Assembly (NCBI GenBank): GCA_016748015.1
Contig: JAAOMT010000664.1
Coordinates: 132,715 to 196,714, forward strand
From: Geosiphon pyriformis uo1
Taxonomy: Eukaryota; Fungi; Glomeromycota
Length of the DNA: 64,000 nt
Direction: 5' to 3'
Part shown: piece after piece, positions 1 to 12,017 of the stretch
How positions within the stretch are numbered: the first letter of the stretch is position 1
Layout of the letters: each line of letters starts with the position of its first letter
Made by a program: the position numbers and the translations under genes
Notes under the pieces: model-generated
The model's database searches: none
The model's input: only the letters and a program-made list of their open reading frames with translations
What the model was told of the DNA's origin: nothing

Positions 1-299
1 TTTCTATGATTGCTTCTTTATGAAAATGTCCTGCAGTTAGATTTGAGTGCATGTTGAACAGTATTGTCTCTTTTTCTGGTTCTGTAATTACTCTGGTTGG
101 TTGATCTGAATCTTTTCTATTTTTTTGATAAAGTATATTTTGGTGAGTGATAAAATATTTGGATTGTTGTTTGATCCTCTTTTGTTCTGGTTGAGATAAT
201 TTCTCCTTGAACTGTTAAGTATCTATATAATGTTGAAGTTGTTGATATTTTTGTGTGTTTATCTTTTGTTATATTTTCATGAGTATTGTTTTGGTTTTG

Positions 300-1620
300 T
301 TATATTTTTGGGTTAAAATGTTCTTAGATTTGTCTTATTCATGACAAACTGTTGGCATTTCCGTTGTCTTTTTCTTTTTTATAATGTATGGTATAAGTAT
401 ATGATGACAGTGCCATTTTCCACTTTGCCTGTCTTCTGTCCCCAAATTCCTGTTTATAAAGTGATGTCAATCCTTTGTGGTCAGTATACACGTCGAATTT
501 CTGACTTAAGTATTTGGCCCATTTCATAACTGCCCAATATATTGTTAAGTGTTCTAGTTTTAGAGTTCTATAATTCTTTTTGGCTGGTGTTAGACCTCTG
601 CTGGCATAAGCTACTGGATGCTCTTTCCTATCTGATCCTCTCTGAGATAGTACAGTTCCCAATGCTTAACCTAATGCATCAGTAGTGATGATAAATGGCT
701 TGTTGTGATCTGAATAGATCAATACTGGAGCTTGAATTAGCTTTCTTCTTAGGATGTCAAAAGCTTCTTGTCAGGTTTCAGTTCATTCATATTTTGTATT
801 TTTGGCTTGGAGATAGTTGAGTGGCTGAGCTATTTTGGAAAAGTTTTTTATAAAGCATTGATAATAGCTTGTGAAGCCTAAGAATGATTGTAACTCTGTC
901 AAGTTGGTTGGTACTGGAAATTTTTTTACTATCTCTATCTTCTCTAGATCTGTCTTGATGTCATCTTTGCTGACTATATGTCCCAAGAATTTTAGCTCTG
1001 TCTTGCCAAAAAAACATTTGGTGGTATTTAATTTTAGCTCTGCTTGTTGTAGTCTTTCAAACACTTGTTGAAAATGATGAAGATAATTATTAAATGTCTT
1101 TAAAAATACATTGGTGTCATCCAAGTAAACTACTACTGATTTCCACAATAAACCAGTGTACACAATTTCCATTAGCCATTGAAATATGGCTGGAGCATTG
1201 GTTAAGCCGAATGGCATAATTTCAAACTTAAAGTTCCCTTCTCTGATGGTAAATGCTGTTTTTTTTTTGTCGGCTGGATCCATGGCTACTTGTCAGTAAT
1301 TACTATCTAGATCTAGTGTTGAGAACCATTTATTTCTTTCAAAAGCATTGAATAGCTCTTGGATCCATGGAATTGAGTAGCTGTCTCCATGAGTAACTCT
1401 GTTGAGTTTTCTATAATCCACACAAAAGCAAATTTTTCCATTCTTCTTTTGGACAAGTACCACTGGTGATAATCATAGGCTCATTAATGGCTGGATTAAT
1501 TCATTGTCAAGCATTTGATTGATTTCTTGACAAATGATTTTATGGCTGGCAGGTAAAACTCTGTATGCTCGCTGTTTAATTGACATTGCATTTCCAGTCT
1601 TAATTTGATGTTAGATGATG
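300..1620 (-). pseudogene. A1 reverse transcriptase-RNase H
   Basis: KTAF, MPFGLTNAPA, VVYLDD, FLGH; RNase H TDA, VAYASR, YTDH, NANSLS; premature stops. Confidence 0.92.
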
Positions 1621-2807
1621 TCAGTTCTGCCAAATTTGTTTTCACTGGCAAAGATGTCATTGAAATTGTTGAGTAACATCTTGAGCTGCATATGTTGTAG
1701 TGGGTCTAGATTTCCCATGTTTATTTGTTTCAATTGTTCTGGTTGGAGTAAATAACATTTATCTTGTCTGTAGATTGTTTGTGATGTAATGTCAACATAT
1801 TCACAAAGTTGTAGAAAGTCTGGAATGGGGTTTGGTGGTTGGTTTTCTATTGCTGTGGTTAAATATCTAATGGTGGTTCTTTCTGGTATCTCAATGACAT
1901 TTCCAGTGTTGTTGTAGATGGAAATTTTTATGTGGCTATAGTTTTTGGCTGGTATATGGAAATTGATTAGTCCAATCTCTCCTGATTCACAAAGGCTTGC
2001 TTTAGCTTTAAAAATCTGTTCTTGCTTCTTTTTCTTCCTTTCTATTGCTAGCATGTACTGGCTATATGGTGAAATGGAAATAGCTTGACTGGTTGAGATA
2101 ATTTCTCCTTGGCCAACAATTTCTTTCTCTACCATATTGACTGGTATATCTATTCTACTCATTGATCCAAATCCCTGTAGTCCTCTTACTGTTATCCCTA
2201 ATTCTTTCCTATTTCCCACTGAAACTAACTGAGCTATTTTCACCAGAAGCAGAAATATTGCCTGTGCTATTCTTTCATTTGGCTCTATAACATAGGTCTT
2301 TTCTGAGTTATTTTGTAGCATAGCAATGATATTTCCTACATATCCTGCATCAATTATTCCTTCTCTGATGTTTATTCCCTTTTTTGCTAAACTACTTTTA
2401 GATGCTAATTGAACCATTGTTGTTGCTGGAATTTCCAGTGCTATTTTTAGATTAATATAAGTGCACAAATGAGGTTCCAATTTGATGGCGTCTTTTCCTG
2501 GATATCTTAGATCAAATCCTGTATCAGTATCATGCACACGTTCTGGCATGATATCTTCATTATTATCACTAAACCATTTCAGTTCTTGCTCTTTGGTAAG
2601 GTCAGAAAGTGCAATATATTGTTTGTAGTTTGAATCAGAGTTTGAATCTAAGTTGGAATCATTGTCATTGTTATAGCCATTTTGAATGGAGCTAAAACCA
2701 TTATTTTTATTGTTGTTGTCAGAGTTTGAATCGAAGTTGAAACTTGATTTCGATTCTGATGCGCAGTTGTTGATTGGTTCTTCTTCTTCGGGGATTGTGT
2801 AGATCAT
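1611..2807 (-). CDS. A1 polyprotein segment: Asn-rich linker, dUTPase (~2580-2160), second degenerate dUTPase-like domain (~2110-1855)
   Basis: All five dUTPase motifs recognisable: DTGFDL, (R/K)SSL, GIIDAGYVG, RIAQ, RGLQGFGS. Confidence 0.9.
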   Translation of the reverse strand: MIYTIPEEEEPINNCASESKSSFNFDSNSDNNNKNNGFSSIQNGYNNDNDSNLDSNSDSNYKQYIALSDLTKEQELKWFSDNNEDIMPERVHDTDTGFDLRYPGKDAIKLEPHLCTYINLKIALEIPATTMVQLASKSSLAKKGINIREGIIDAGYVGNIIAMLQNNSEKTYVIEPNERIAQAIFLLLVKIAQLVSVGNRKELGITVRGLQGFGSMSRIDIPVNMVEKEIVGQGEIISTSQAISISPYSQYMLAIERKKKKQEQIFKAKASLCESGEIGLINFHIPAKNYSHIKISIYNNTGNVIEIPERTTIRYLTTAIENQPPNPIPDFLQLCEYVDITSQTIYRQDKCYLLQPEQLKQINMGNLDPLQHMQLKMLLNNFNDIFASENKFGRTDII

Positions 2808-2829
2808 GTATGATGGTGGATTGTAGATG

Positions 2830-4478
2830 AGGTTACAATTATCACAGAATTAGAAGTCACATGGAATCAAACAATGGTCACATAATTGGGTGTTAATTTC
2901 TTCCAAGTGTTGCTCTTGCTCTTTTCTCATGGGTGCTAGATTCTGATAGTGTTCATAGAATTCTTCTGGGCTGTTTTTTAAGTCAATAAAGATGTCCAGA
3001 TTGAGAACCAAAACAATGTCTGTTGGTTCTGGAAGATTATTCTTGATCTTCAGAATTTCACTGGGCAAAGCACCTTCTACTTTGGCATTGGCGATTCACC
3101 AGATCTCATTCTCATCATGTGAATAGCTGTTTAGGCAGAATATAGCTCGGTGCCATGCTGCTGTGATGGGCGTACCATGACTTACCCAGTCGCTAATGAG
3201 GATTGTGTATTGGCACGAAGTGTTACATGTTTCTTCTTGACCAGGAATGTTGTTCCACATTCCTTCATCGAGTAATTGTTTGCCATAAGTAAGACATGGT
3301 TCATTGTTCCACTTGCCTTGTCTTTTTGGGTAGTCATATTGTTCCCTATGACAGGACTTGCAATAGTAATAGGTTCACGTTCAGTAGTCTTCATCTGGCA
3401 CTACTCAAGCTCCCATTGAGAACAGTTTCTTCTCACAGTCTTTGCATTTGAGAGGTATATATGGCAGCTCTTTTATTGGTTCACGTGAGTATTCTCTTTC
3501 CCAGCCACTAGTTATTTCTTCTGCAGTGATGGTTTTTTCAGGTATGTTTTCTTCCCAATCTAGAATTGGTGGCATCTCACTTTGGTTGTTGTCGGTCCAA
3601 GTGTTGATGGTGGCTTTCCAGGTAAGTTTTTCTCTTTGTTTCTCTTTTCCATTGTCATTGTTGTCCCAGGCAAGTATTGGCAGCAGTTCGTTGTGGTTGA
3701 CGTCAGCCCACGAGACTTGGTATGCTTCCCAGGTGGGTTTTGCTTTTTCTTTCTCGAATTTGATAAGTGGTGTTGATGGCGTGGTGATGAACTTGAAGTA
3801 GTCACATGTGGCTGGTACCTATATGTGTTGACCATTCTGGCTAAGCTAGAGCTCTTGGGTGTTCCAATCTAGTGTCGCATTGGTTTTGAACAGCCAGTTG
3901 TTCTCAACAAGTGCTTGGTATTAAGTGGCTTCCATAACAAGTACTTTGATTGGTACTATGATGCCATTGACTTTTATAGGGAAATTATCAATCTCTTTAA
4001 TGAGTGTTTTGGTCATTCCATCAGCTGTAATAATTCTGGCACTGGCAGCGTGATCAACTTGGTGATCTAATTGATCCATGAGTTGTCTTGTGATGATACT
4101 GCCAGCTAATCCACTATCTAAGATCAGTTTGATGAAGTGACCATCAACTTTCACATTAGTGTACATCGCAGTGATGGGTTTTTTCTTGAGTGCTGCTCCA
4201 CTAAACAAAGGTGGGTTGATGGTTTCCTCCAATTTAAAAGGAAAGATGGCTATAAGAGATTCATTTTTGGTGACCATTGCTGGTAGAATATTGTTGGTAA
4301 GTGTTGTTTGGAGTGGGTTGGATTCCGAGCTGTTGGTGATGGCATCTTCTGGGATAACCAAGAGACTTAAATAGTTCTGAGAATTTGGGTTTTGGGTGGA
4401 ACTGGTACCCGAATTCCACTGTTGAGAGCCTAATGGTTGTGAGAAGCTGGAGATCGGTTGATAAACAACCATTGCCAA
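2830..4478 (-). pseudogene. A1 aspartic protease followed by Cys-rich (multi-CxxC) region
   Basis: ILDSGLAGSII, IITADG, LVENNWL; downstream CKDC, CKSC, CNTSC, CDHC..C...CDNC read through stops. Confidence 0.85.
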
Positions 4479-4479
4479 T

Positions 4480-6560
4480 CTCCAGTTTTAAGTGATTCTA
4501 GATCTTGGGTTTTCTGATGTTATTTGAGTGGAGTTTTGGAGTGGTGTTTAAATTAGTTGTTGAGGCTAATAAATTATTTGGGGCTGTGGCTAATAAATTA
4601 CTGGTGGCTGCAATTGATAAATTGGAGGTTAATATACTGGCAATTGATAGATTGGTTGCTGTGTTATTGGCAGATAAGTGGTTTGATATTGGTCTTGATT
4701 TGGGTAGTGATTCTGAGTCTGAAATCTGCAATCGGGTTTCAATATTGATTTTCCGATCGTGAATTGTTGTTATAAAATCAACAGTTGGCTCTAATATGAC
4801 CTTGTTTACCACAGTTGTGACAAACACGCATTTCTGGCTGCCATGGCTGATTGGGTAATAATGATAACAATAATGTTGATAGACACGGCTGATTTTGGAA
4901 ATGATTCGTGTTTTCTGAATTATTGTGTCATTGTAGTGATTAATAAATTGCACAATTGTCAGCTAAGTATCCCTCTAATTTTTGATTGATTGTATCACTG
5001 AATTGTTTTAGTTTGGAATCCAAATCAGATGATCCATTTATTACTAAATTTACAGCTTGGGCATGGTTGGCTTCTAGCTTGGCTGCTTTAAAATCTCTGG
5101 CGTGGGTAATGGCAGTTGGGAGGTCAACTGGATGCTATTATGCAATCCTCTGATGAACTGATTCAAGATCTGTGGCACTGTAAAGTAATCAGCTTGGATT
5201 GCCTGAATTTGGTGCAAATTTTTATGGAAGCATCCCAAGTAAGTGGTGACTGCTTCTGTGTCTCCTTGTTTGATGGTGGTAAATGTGTTGGTCAAGCAAT
5301 TGATATTATTGTTATTACTAAAGTATCTTAAAAATTCTGTTTTGAACTTATTGAAGGTTTGTGATTTGGCGGCTAGGCTCTAATACCACAAATTGACAGT
5401 ATCTTTGAAAAAATAGAGGATTGCTTGAAGGGCTCTACCATTATTTTATCTGTTGGCCACTATGGCTTTTTCAACATTGTTGAGCCATATTTGGGCATCA
5501 TCCTTTTTACTGGTAAAATTGTTAAGTTTTGTGATTGGTGCATAGGCCATTGGATCTAAGTTGGGTTGTTGTGGTGGTAGTTGAAGTAATTGTTGTTGTA
5601 TGGGTTATTAAGGTGGTAGTTAAAGTAGCAGTTGTATGGGTTCGGCTATTGGATTAATTGGTGGTTGATTGATGATGATTACTGGAGGTAAGTTTTATTG
5701 ATTTATTAAATTGGGTTTCGATTATCTTGAGTTGGCAGTGTCTGAATATTCAGAGTTTTGATTTCCAGATTTTCTGGGTTTAGATTTTGCTGGGTTTAAA
5801 AATTCAGGGTTTCAAATTTTGGGTTTTCAGTGATCGGGTTCTGGTAAGTGAATTCTTGATTTTTAGCTTCTTTTTCTTCCTTTTCTTTTGATTCCATTAC
5901 TTCCCACAGATCAGAAATTCCGAAATCTGGAAGAGACAGTGGTGATTGGAGTCTTGATGGCATTGATGATCGTAAGTTAAATCCTTTAAAATACATGCCA
6001 TATGGTCCTAATAACTCTGCTTTCCTTTGTTTACTTTGAAATGGAAATTGTCCAAATGCTGATGTTGTGTTTGATGTGGCCATGCCAGTAGATGTAATAT
6101 TAATGGCACTTCCAGATGTATAGTGGTATGATAGATTAGTTGAAGACTCAACTTTTGTTTTCTTCTAAGTAGGTAGTTGTATTCTTTTGGGTGTTACTGT
6201 TGATGTTTGCAGTTTTTCTTTGCCTTTGCTAGTGTAAGTAATGGGGTATCTTTGCTGTGTGTAGTGTTCAATTTCTTTGTTGATTTCCATGATGACGGAG
6301 GCAAAATTGTGATTTGTTGGCAGGTTGGTATTTTGAATTAATTTACTGTAAAAGGCTTCTTTTGCTGATTCAATATTTACTAGTGTTCCTAACAGATAGG
6401 CAATTCTTTTGTTGACATAGAAATTGAAAGCTGATTTCGCTGATATGTGGTTGTGATTTAATCCCAAATGTTGACAGTAATGTTAAAATAAAGATTTTGC
6501 AAATTCTAGATGGTTTGCTCTTATGTTTTCTGATTCTGCCACTTTTAGATTTGTGTTGGT
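4480..6560 (-). pseudogene. A1 gag (N-terminal extension, capsid-like domain, CCHC knuckle)
   Basis: WLNNVEKAI-ANR, IKQGDTEAVTTY, ILNQFIRGL, CHNCGKQGHIRANC near 4780-4825. Confidence 0.85.
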
Positions 6561-6582
6561 GCTGGTTCTCTGTAGGATTATA

Positions 6583-6599
6583 CCTCACAGGGAGCACCA
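6583..6599 (-). promoter_or_regulatory. Primer binding site, tRNA-Ile(UAU)-like
   Basis: TGGTGCTCCCTGTGAGG 2 nt after the LTR; identical 17-mer in family B (42623-42639); resembles the complement of the eukaryotic tRNA-Ile(UAU) 3' end. Confidence 0.8.
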
Positions 6600-6601
6600 A
6601 A

Positions 6602-7464
6602 TGTTACAGGTAACTATTTCTGGTGTTGGATTAAATAACAAACCCATAACTTGGTGTTCAAATCTAGTTGCAGTTGATAGTGATCTGAAGGTTTGTGTCT
6701 GAAAGGTTTGTATCTGAAGGGTTTGGTTGAGTTCTTTGTATAATGGACAGAGATTCAATGATAATAGTTTTATCCGTAGCTTCCTGAAACTGCAGTTTTG
6801 TCAATTTCTTTCTCAGCTTGATAGCCAGTATTTCTCCTGGTAAGCTATTCTCAATCAAGTGTTTTACTCTTATTTCTGGGTTTTTAACCAGTCACATTTA
6901 TCCTGATGTCAGTACCTGTGTGTTAATCCTCAATAGAGTTAGTAAACAACAATAAAATCAAAACAAGAAATAAAGAAAAAAAAAAAAAATAAAGAAAAAA
7001 AAAAATAAGCCAAGGCAATTTGCAAGTTAGTATTCTATCAATAGCCATGATCAAGAGCTATTGTTCTAGTGTAGTTACATATCAATTACTATTAACATGA
7101 AGTGTTGATAGTGGCAGCAGGTTTGAGATAACAAACAGTTATTTATTTGTGGTTTGGAAAGTTGTCTAAATGAAATCTAAATTAAAAAGTCTGTTTTTTT
7201 AGTTTCTAATTCTACTGTTATATATACATAATTGAGATTCCTCAATTCCTCAATTTTTCACAACAGGAATTCTAAGATTCCTGGAATCTTACAATTTCTT
7301 TAAGAGGAATCTTGGAATTCTGGAATCCTGCAATTCCTTGTGAGAATCCTGTAATTCCTGGAATCCTGCAATTCCTAAGAAGAATTCTGGAATTCCACAT
7401 TTTACTATGTCTGATTGGTTAATAACTATGCTAATATATATTCTCTATATTTCTATGAGTAACA
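6602..7464 (-). repeat. A1 5' LTR (863 bp) with GGAATTCC/GGAATCCT tandem array at ~7266-7400
   Basis: Termini TGTTAC/GTAACA; homologous to 14689-15441, 34329-35183 and 59127-59722. Confidence 0.9.
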
Positions 7465-10400
7465 ATGCTCTCTATAAGATATAATCTTACAGAGAACCAA
7501 CATCAACAACAGTCATCTAAAAGTAGCAAAATCAAAAATAATAGAGACAAACTATTTAAGATTCACCAAATTCTTATTTTAACAATATAGCCAATAATTG
7601 GGCTTAACCAACAACTATTATCCAGTGGAATCAGTTTTTAACTTTTACATTAACAAAAAAATCACAAATTTTCTAAGAAGACCAATTGACATTAAATCAG
7701 CAAGAAAAAATTTCTATACAGAATTAATTTAATACACCAGCTTACCATGAAATCACAGTTTTGCACCAATTATCAGAAAAATCAATCAAAAAATTGAAAA
7801 ATATACTCAACAACAATTTCCTATTATCTATGCAGATAAGAGTAAAGGAAAGTTATAAACACTAACAGCAATCCCAAAAGGAATACAATTATTAATGTGG
7901 AAGAAACAAAGAATTAAATCTCTATTATATCTATTATATCATCACACATTCAGAAATACCATCAATATCATATTAGCAGGCATGTTCACATTAAATGTAA
8001 TATCAACATTTGGACAACTTCCCTTTTAAAGTAAACAAAAGAAAGCAGAATTATTAGGAACTTATGGTAATTATTTTAAAGGATTTAAATTACAATCACC
8101 AATACCATCAAGATTTTGATCACTGCTGTCTTAACCAAATTTCGGAATAATGAGTCCCTAGAAAATAACAGAATTAAAAAAAAAAGAAAACAACAATCAG
8201 AAATTCTATTACCACAACTCAATAGTAAAAAACCTGGAAGTTGAAACCTCGAATATTCAAACTTATAAAATCAGCACAATTTAAACTCTAATCTTATTAA
8301 TTAGCAAAACTTATCTTTAGTGATCGTGATCAATCAACCACTAATTAACCCAATTGCAGAGCCAATACAGCAACAGCCACCAATACCACTTTCACAATCA
8401 CCAATACAACAACAACAACTAATTATACTAATAACATATGTACCCATTGTCAAACTTAAAAAATTCACTGACAAAGAAAATAACATACAAGTGTGGCTAA
8501 ATAATGTGGAAAAAGCCATTACAGCCAATAGATAGAATGATGTCAGAACTATATAAGCCATTCCATATTTTCTCCAAAATACCACCAACTCATGATATTA
8601 AAGCTTGGTTAACAAATCTCAAGATTTTAATGTATTTAAGCTTAAGTTCCTGCAATATTTCAGCAATAATAACAGCATTAACTGCTTAGCCAACATTTTT
8701 ATTACCATTAAGCAAGAGAAAACTGAAACAGTCACTATTTACTTGGGATGCTTCTACAGAAATCTGCACCAAATTCAAGTAATACAAGCTGATTATTTCA
8801 CTGCACCACAAATTCTGAATCAATTTATTAGAAGCCTGTGCAGTAGCATTCTCCAATGTGTATGTCCATTACATTTGGCAGACCTTTAAGCCATAGTCAC
8901 CTATGCCAAAGATTTTGAAGCCACTGAATTAGAAGCCAATCATGCCCAAGCCATAAATCTAATAATAAATAGATCATTTGATTTGAATTTCAAATTAAAG
9001 CAATTCAGTAATTTAATTAATCAGAAATTAGAGAAATACTTAGCTAATAATAATCAGGCATTTTTTCAATTTTCACAACAATACAATAATCAAGGAAACT
9101 CTAATTATTTCTAAAATCAATCACATCTATTATCGTCAACCAATCAACAATGACAACAAAAAATGTGTGTTTGCCACTACTATAATAAATAAAAACACCT
9201 GCAAATTGACTGCTGCCATCACTTAAATGACCAATGATTGAGAAGTCAATATTGAAACCCTGATTGCTGGTTTTAAACTCCAAGTAATCAACCAAACCCA
9301 ACATTATATTAACTGAATTACCTACTAATGATGCAGCAGTCTATTTATCAACTACCAATTTATTAAACCCCAGTACCAGTTATTTATCAACCACAGCCAC
9401 AAATAGTTTATCAACTTCAATTACTCCCAACACCACCACAAAATCCAGCTCTGATGTCACATAAAAACCCAAGACCAAGAATGATCTAACAAAGCTAGAG
9501 ATCAGCAATAGTAGTTCATTAGCCAATTCTCAGTTCATCAAACCAACCATTAGAATTATAACAGTGGAGTTGGAAACCAGATACATTCAACACCCGAGTT
9601 TTTAAAACTATTTAAGTCTCTTGATAACTCCAGAAGATGTCTTATCCAACAATACAGAACCCAACCAAAAACAATCACTTACCAGTAACATATCTCCAGC
9701 TACCATTACTAATAATAAATCTTTAGCAGCAATTTTTCTTTTTAAACTCAAGGAAACAATACTAGTCTTATTATTTAGTAGAGCTGTGCTCAATGTTAAA
9801 CTCATTACTACCATGTATACAGATACCAAAGTCAATGACTATTCTATCAAGCTTATCCTTAATAGTGAGTCAGCTGACAACATTATTACATGACAACTCA
9901 TAGACCAATTAGGTTGCTAAGTTGATCATACTGCTAGTGCCAAAATTATTATGGCTGATAAAGCCACAAAGACTCTTATTGGCAAGATTGATAACTTCCT
10001 CTTTGAAGTCAACAGTACTACTTTATTAATCAAAGTCCTAGTAATAAAAGCCACTTAGTACCAAGCTCTCATTGGTAATAACTGGCTAGTCAAAACTAAT
10101 ACTGTACTCAACTGAATAATGTAAAAGCTCCAGCTCAGCCAGAATAGTTACCATACACAAGTACCAGCAACCTGCAGATACTTCAAGCCAACTACTATAT
10201 CACTACTAATTATATTCAAAGAAAAAAAAGAAAAACTCATCTGAGAAACTTACCAAATTTCTTGGGCTGATAAAGACCACAATGAGCTACCACTAATTTT
10301 AACTTAGAAAGAGAAAGGAAAAAAAAAGAAAGAAAAGATAAAAACACACAAGCCACTACCTCTATACATATTTTATACTTGGCACCCCAATTACAGGCCA

Positions 10401-11093
10401 ATTACTATTGACCCAAGCTAATATGCATTGATTATGACAAGAAATTGTCATCAATGGGTGCATATTATGGCAACAATAAAGAATGGCCAATGAGAACCAA
10501 GTTCTATTGCTGCCCATGCATACTTAACTAATTTGGCCAACCAAAGAGACAAGGAAAATAAGATAATAAGCCATGTTTTACTTGTGGAATGACTCTTCTA
10601 GATAAAAGAATGTAGAATAACATTCCTAAATGAAGAGAAACATATGACAAATTGTATTAATATACAATTCTAATCAGCAACTGGGTTAAAAAAGAAACAC
10701 CAATAAAAACCATCTGGAGAAGAGCCATAAAATATCTGGATGGTTGTTCACATAATGATGACAAAATCTGGTAAATGGCACTCACCAAAATTGAAGAAAT
10801 GTTACCAAAAGAAATAAGAACAATCAAAAACAACCCATCAAAATCCATAGAACTCAATTAGAACCCAAATTCAGATATTATCCTAGAGTCTATAAACCAG
10901 AACAGTTTCACAAACATTACCAAGAATTAGCACCCACCAGGGAAAAACAAAAATAACACTTGAAGCAGTTAAATGCTTAATTTTCTGTGATTTTCAATAT
11001 TGTAATGAGTATAACCTTATTTACAATTCATCACTATGCATAATCTACACAATTTCAGAGAAAAACAAACCAATTAGTAGTTGTGCATCAGAA

Positions 11094-12017
11094 TTGGAAT
11101 CAATTTTCAATCCTGATTCTAACTCCAACAATAATGACAACAATAATAATAGTTCCAGTTCTGTTCAATATGGCAACCAAAATAACAATGATTCAAACTT
11201 TGATTCAAACTTTAAACAATATATCATGCTCTCTAATCTCACCAAGGAGCAGGAACTTAAATGGTTCAGTAATAATAATAAAGATATTATGCCTGAACAC
11301 ATGTATAATACTAATGCAGAGTTTGATCTAAAATATCTAGAAAAAAAAGCCATAAAATTGGAACCACAGTTATATACCTGTATTGATTTCAAAATAGCAC
11401 TGGAAATTTTAACAACAACAATGATTCAATTAGCATCTAGGAGTAGTTTAACAAAAAAAAAAATTAACATCAGAGGAAAAATAATTGATACAGAATATGT
11501 AAGAAATATTATTGCAATGTTACAAAATAACTTAAAAAAAGCCTATATTATAGAGCCAAATAAGAAGATAAGACAGACAATATTCTTGTCTCTGGTTAAA
11601 ATAACTCAATTAGTATCAATGGAAAACAGAAAAAAATTAAGAATTACAGCTAGAGGAATACAAAAATTTGGATTCACAAGTAGAATAGACATACCAGTTA
11701 ATATGGCAGAGAAAAAGGTTATTAACAAGGAAAAAATTATTTCCACTCATTAATCAATTTCCATTTTACCATATGACCAGTACATGTTAGCCATAGAGAG
11801 AAAAGTAAGGAATCAGATTCAGATTTTTGAAGCAAAAGCAACACTTTGTGAATTAGGAAAGATTGAATTAGTCAATTTACACATACCAGCCAAAAACCAC
11901 AATCACATCAAAATTTCTATTTACAACAACACAAGAGACATTATTGAGATACTGAAAGGAACCACTATTGGATATCTAACTACCAAACCTCATTCCAGAC
12001 TTTTTATAACTGTGTAG
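11094..12017 (+). pseudogene. A2 dUTPase plus degenerate dUTPase-like domain
   Basis: AEFDL, ASRSSL, IIDTEYV, ARGIQKFGFT; collinear with A1. Confidence 0.85.

Larger units (their letters stand above)
1..7464 (-). mobile_element. Ty3/Gypsy-like LTR retrotransposon family A, copy A1 (5' LTR to start of integrase; runs off the left edge)
   Basis: LTR TGTTAC...GTAACA at 7464-6602, PBS, then gag, PR (ILDSGLAGSII), dUTPase, RT (YLDD), RNase H and IN start in Gypsy order; most ORF fragments share one frame and are broken by stops. Confidence 0.93.

Noticed and set aside
4498-4953. Long alternative-frame and antisense ORFs over gag (e.g. 4498-4953, 56981-57313, 3442-3801)
   Set aside because: Shadow frames of low-complexity Q/P/Y-rich gag and pol coding sequence
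6583-6599. tRNA gene at the tRNA-like 17-mers
   Set aside because: Only the 3'-end complement next to LTRs, with no cloverleaf; these are primer binding sites
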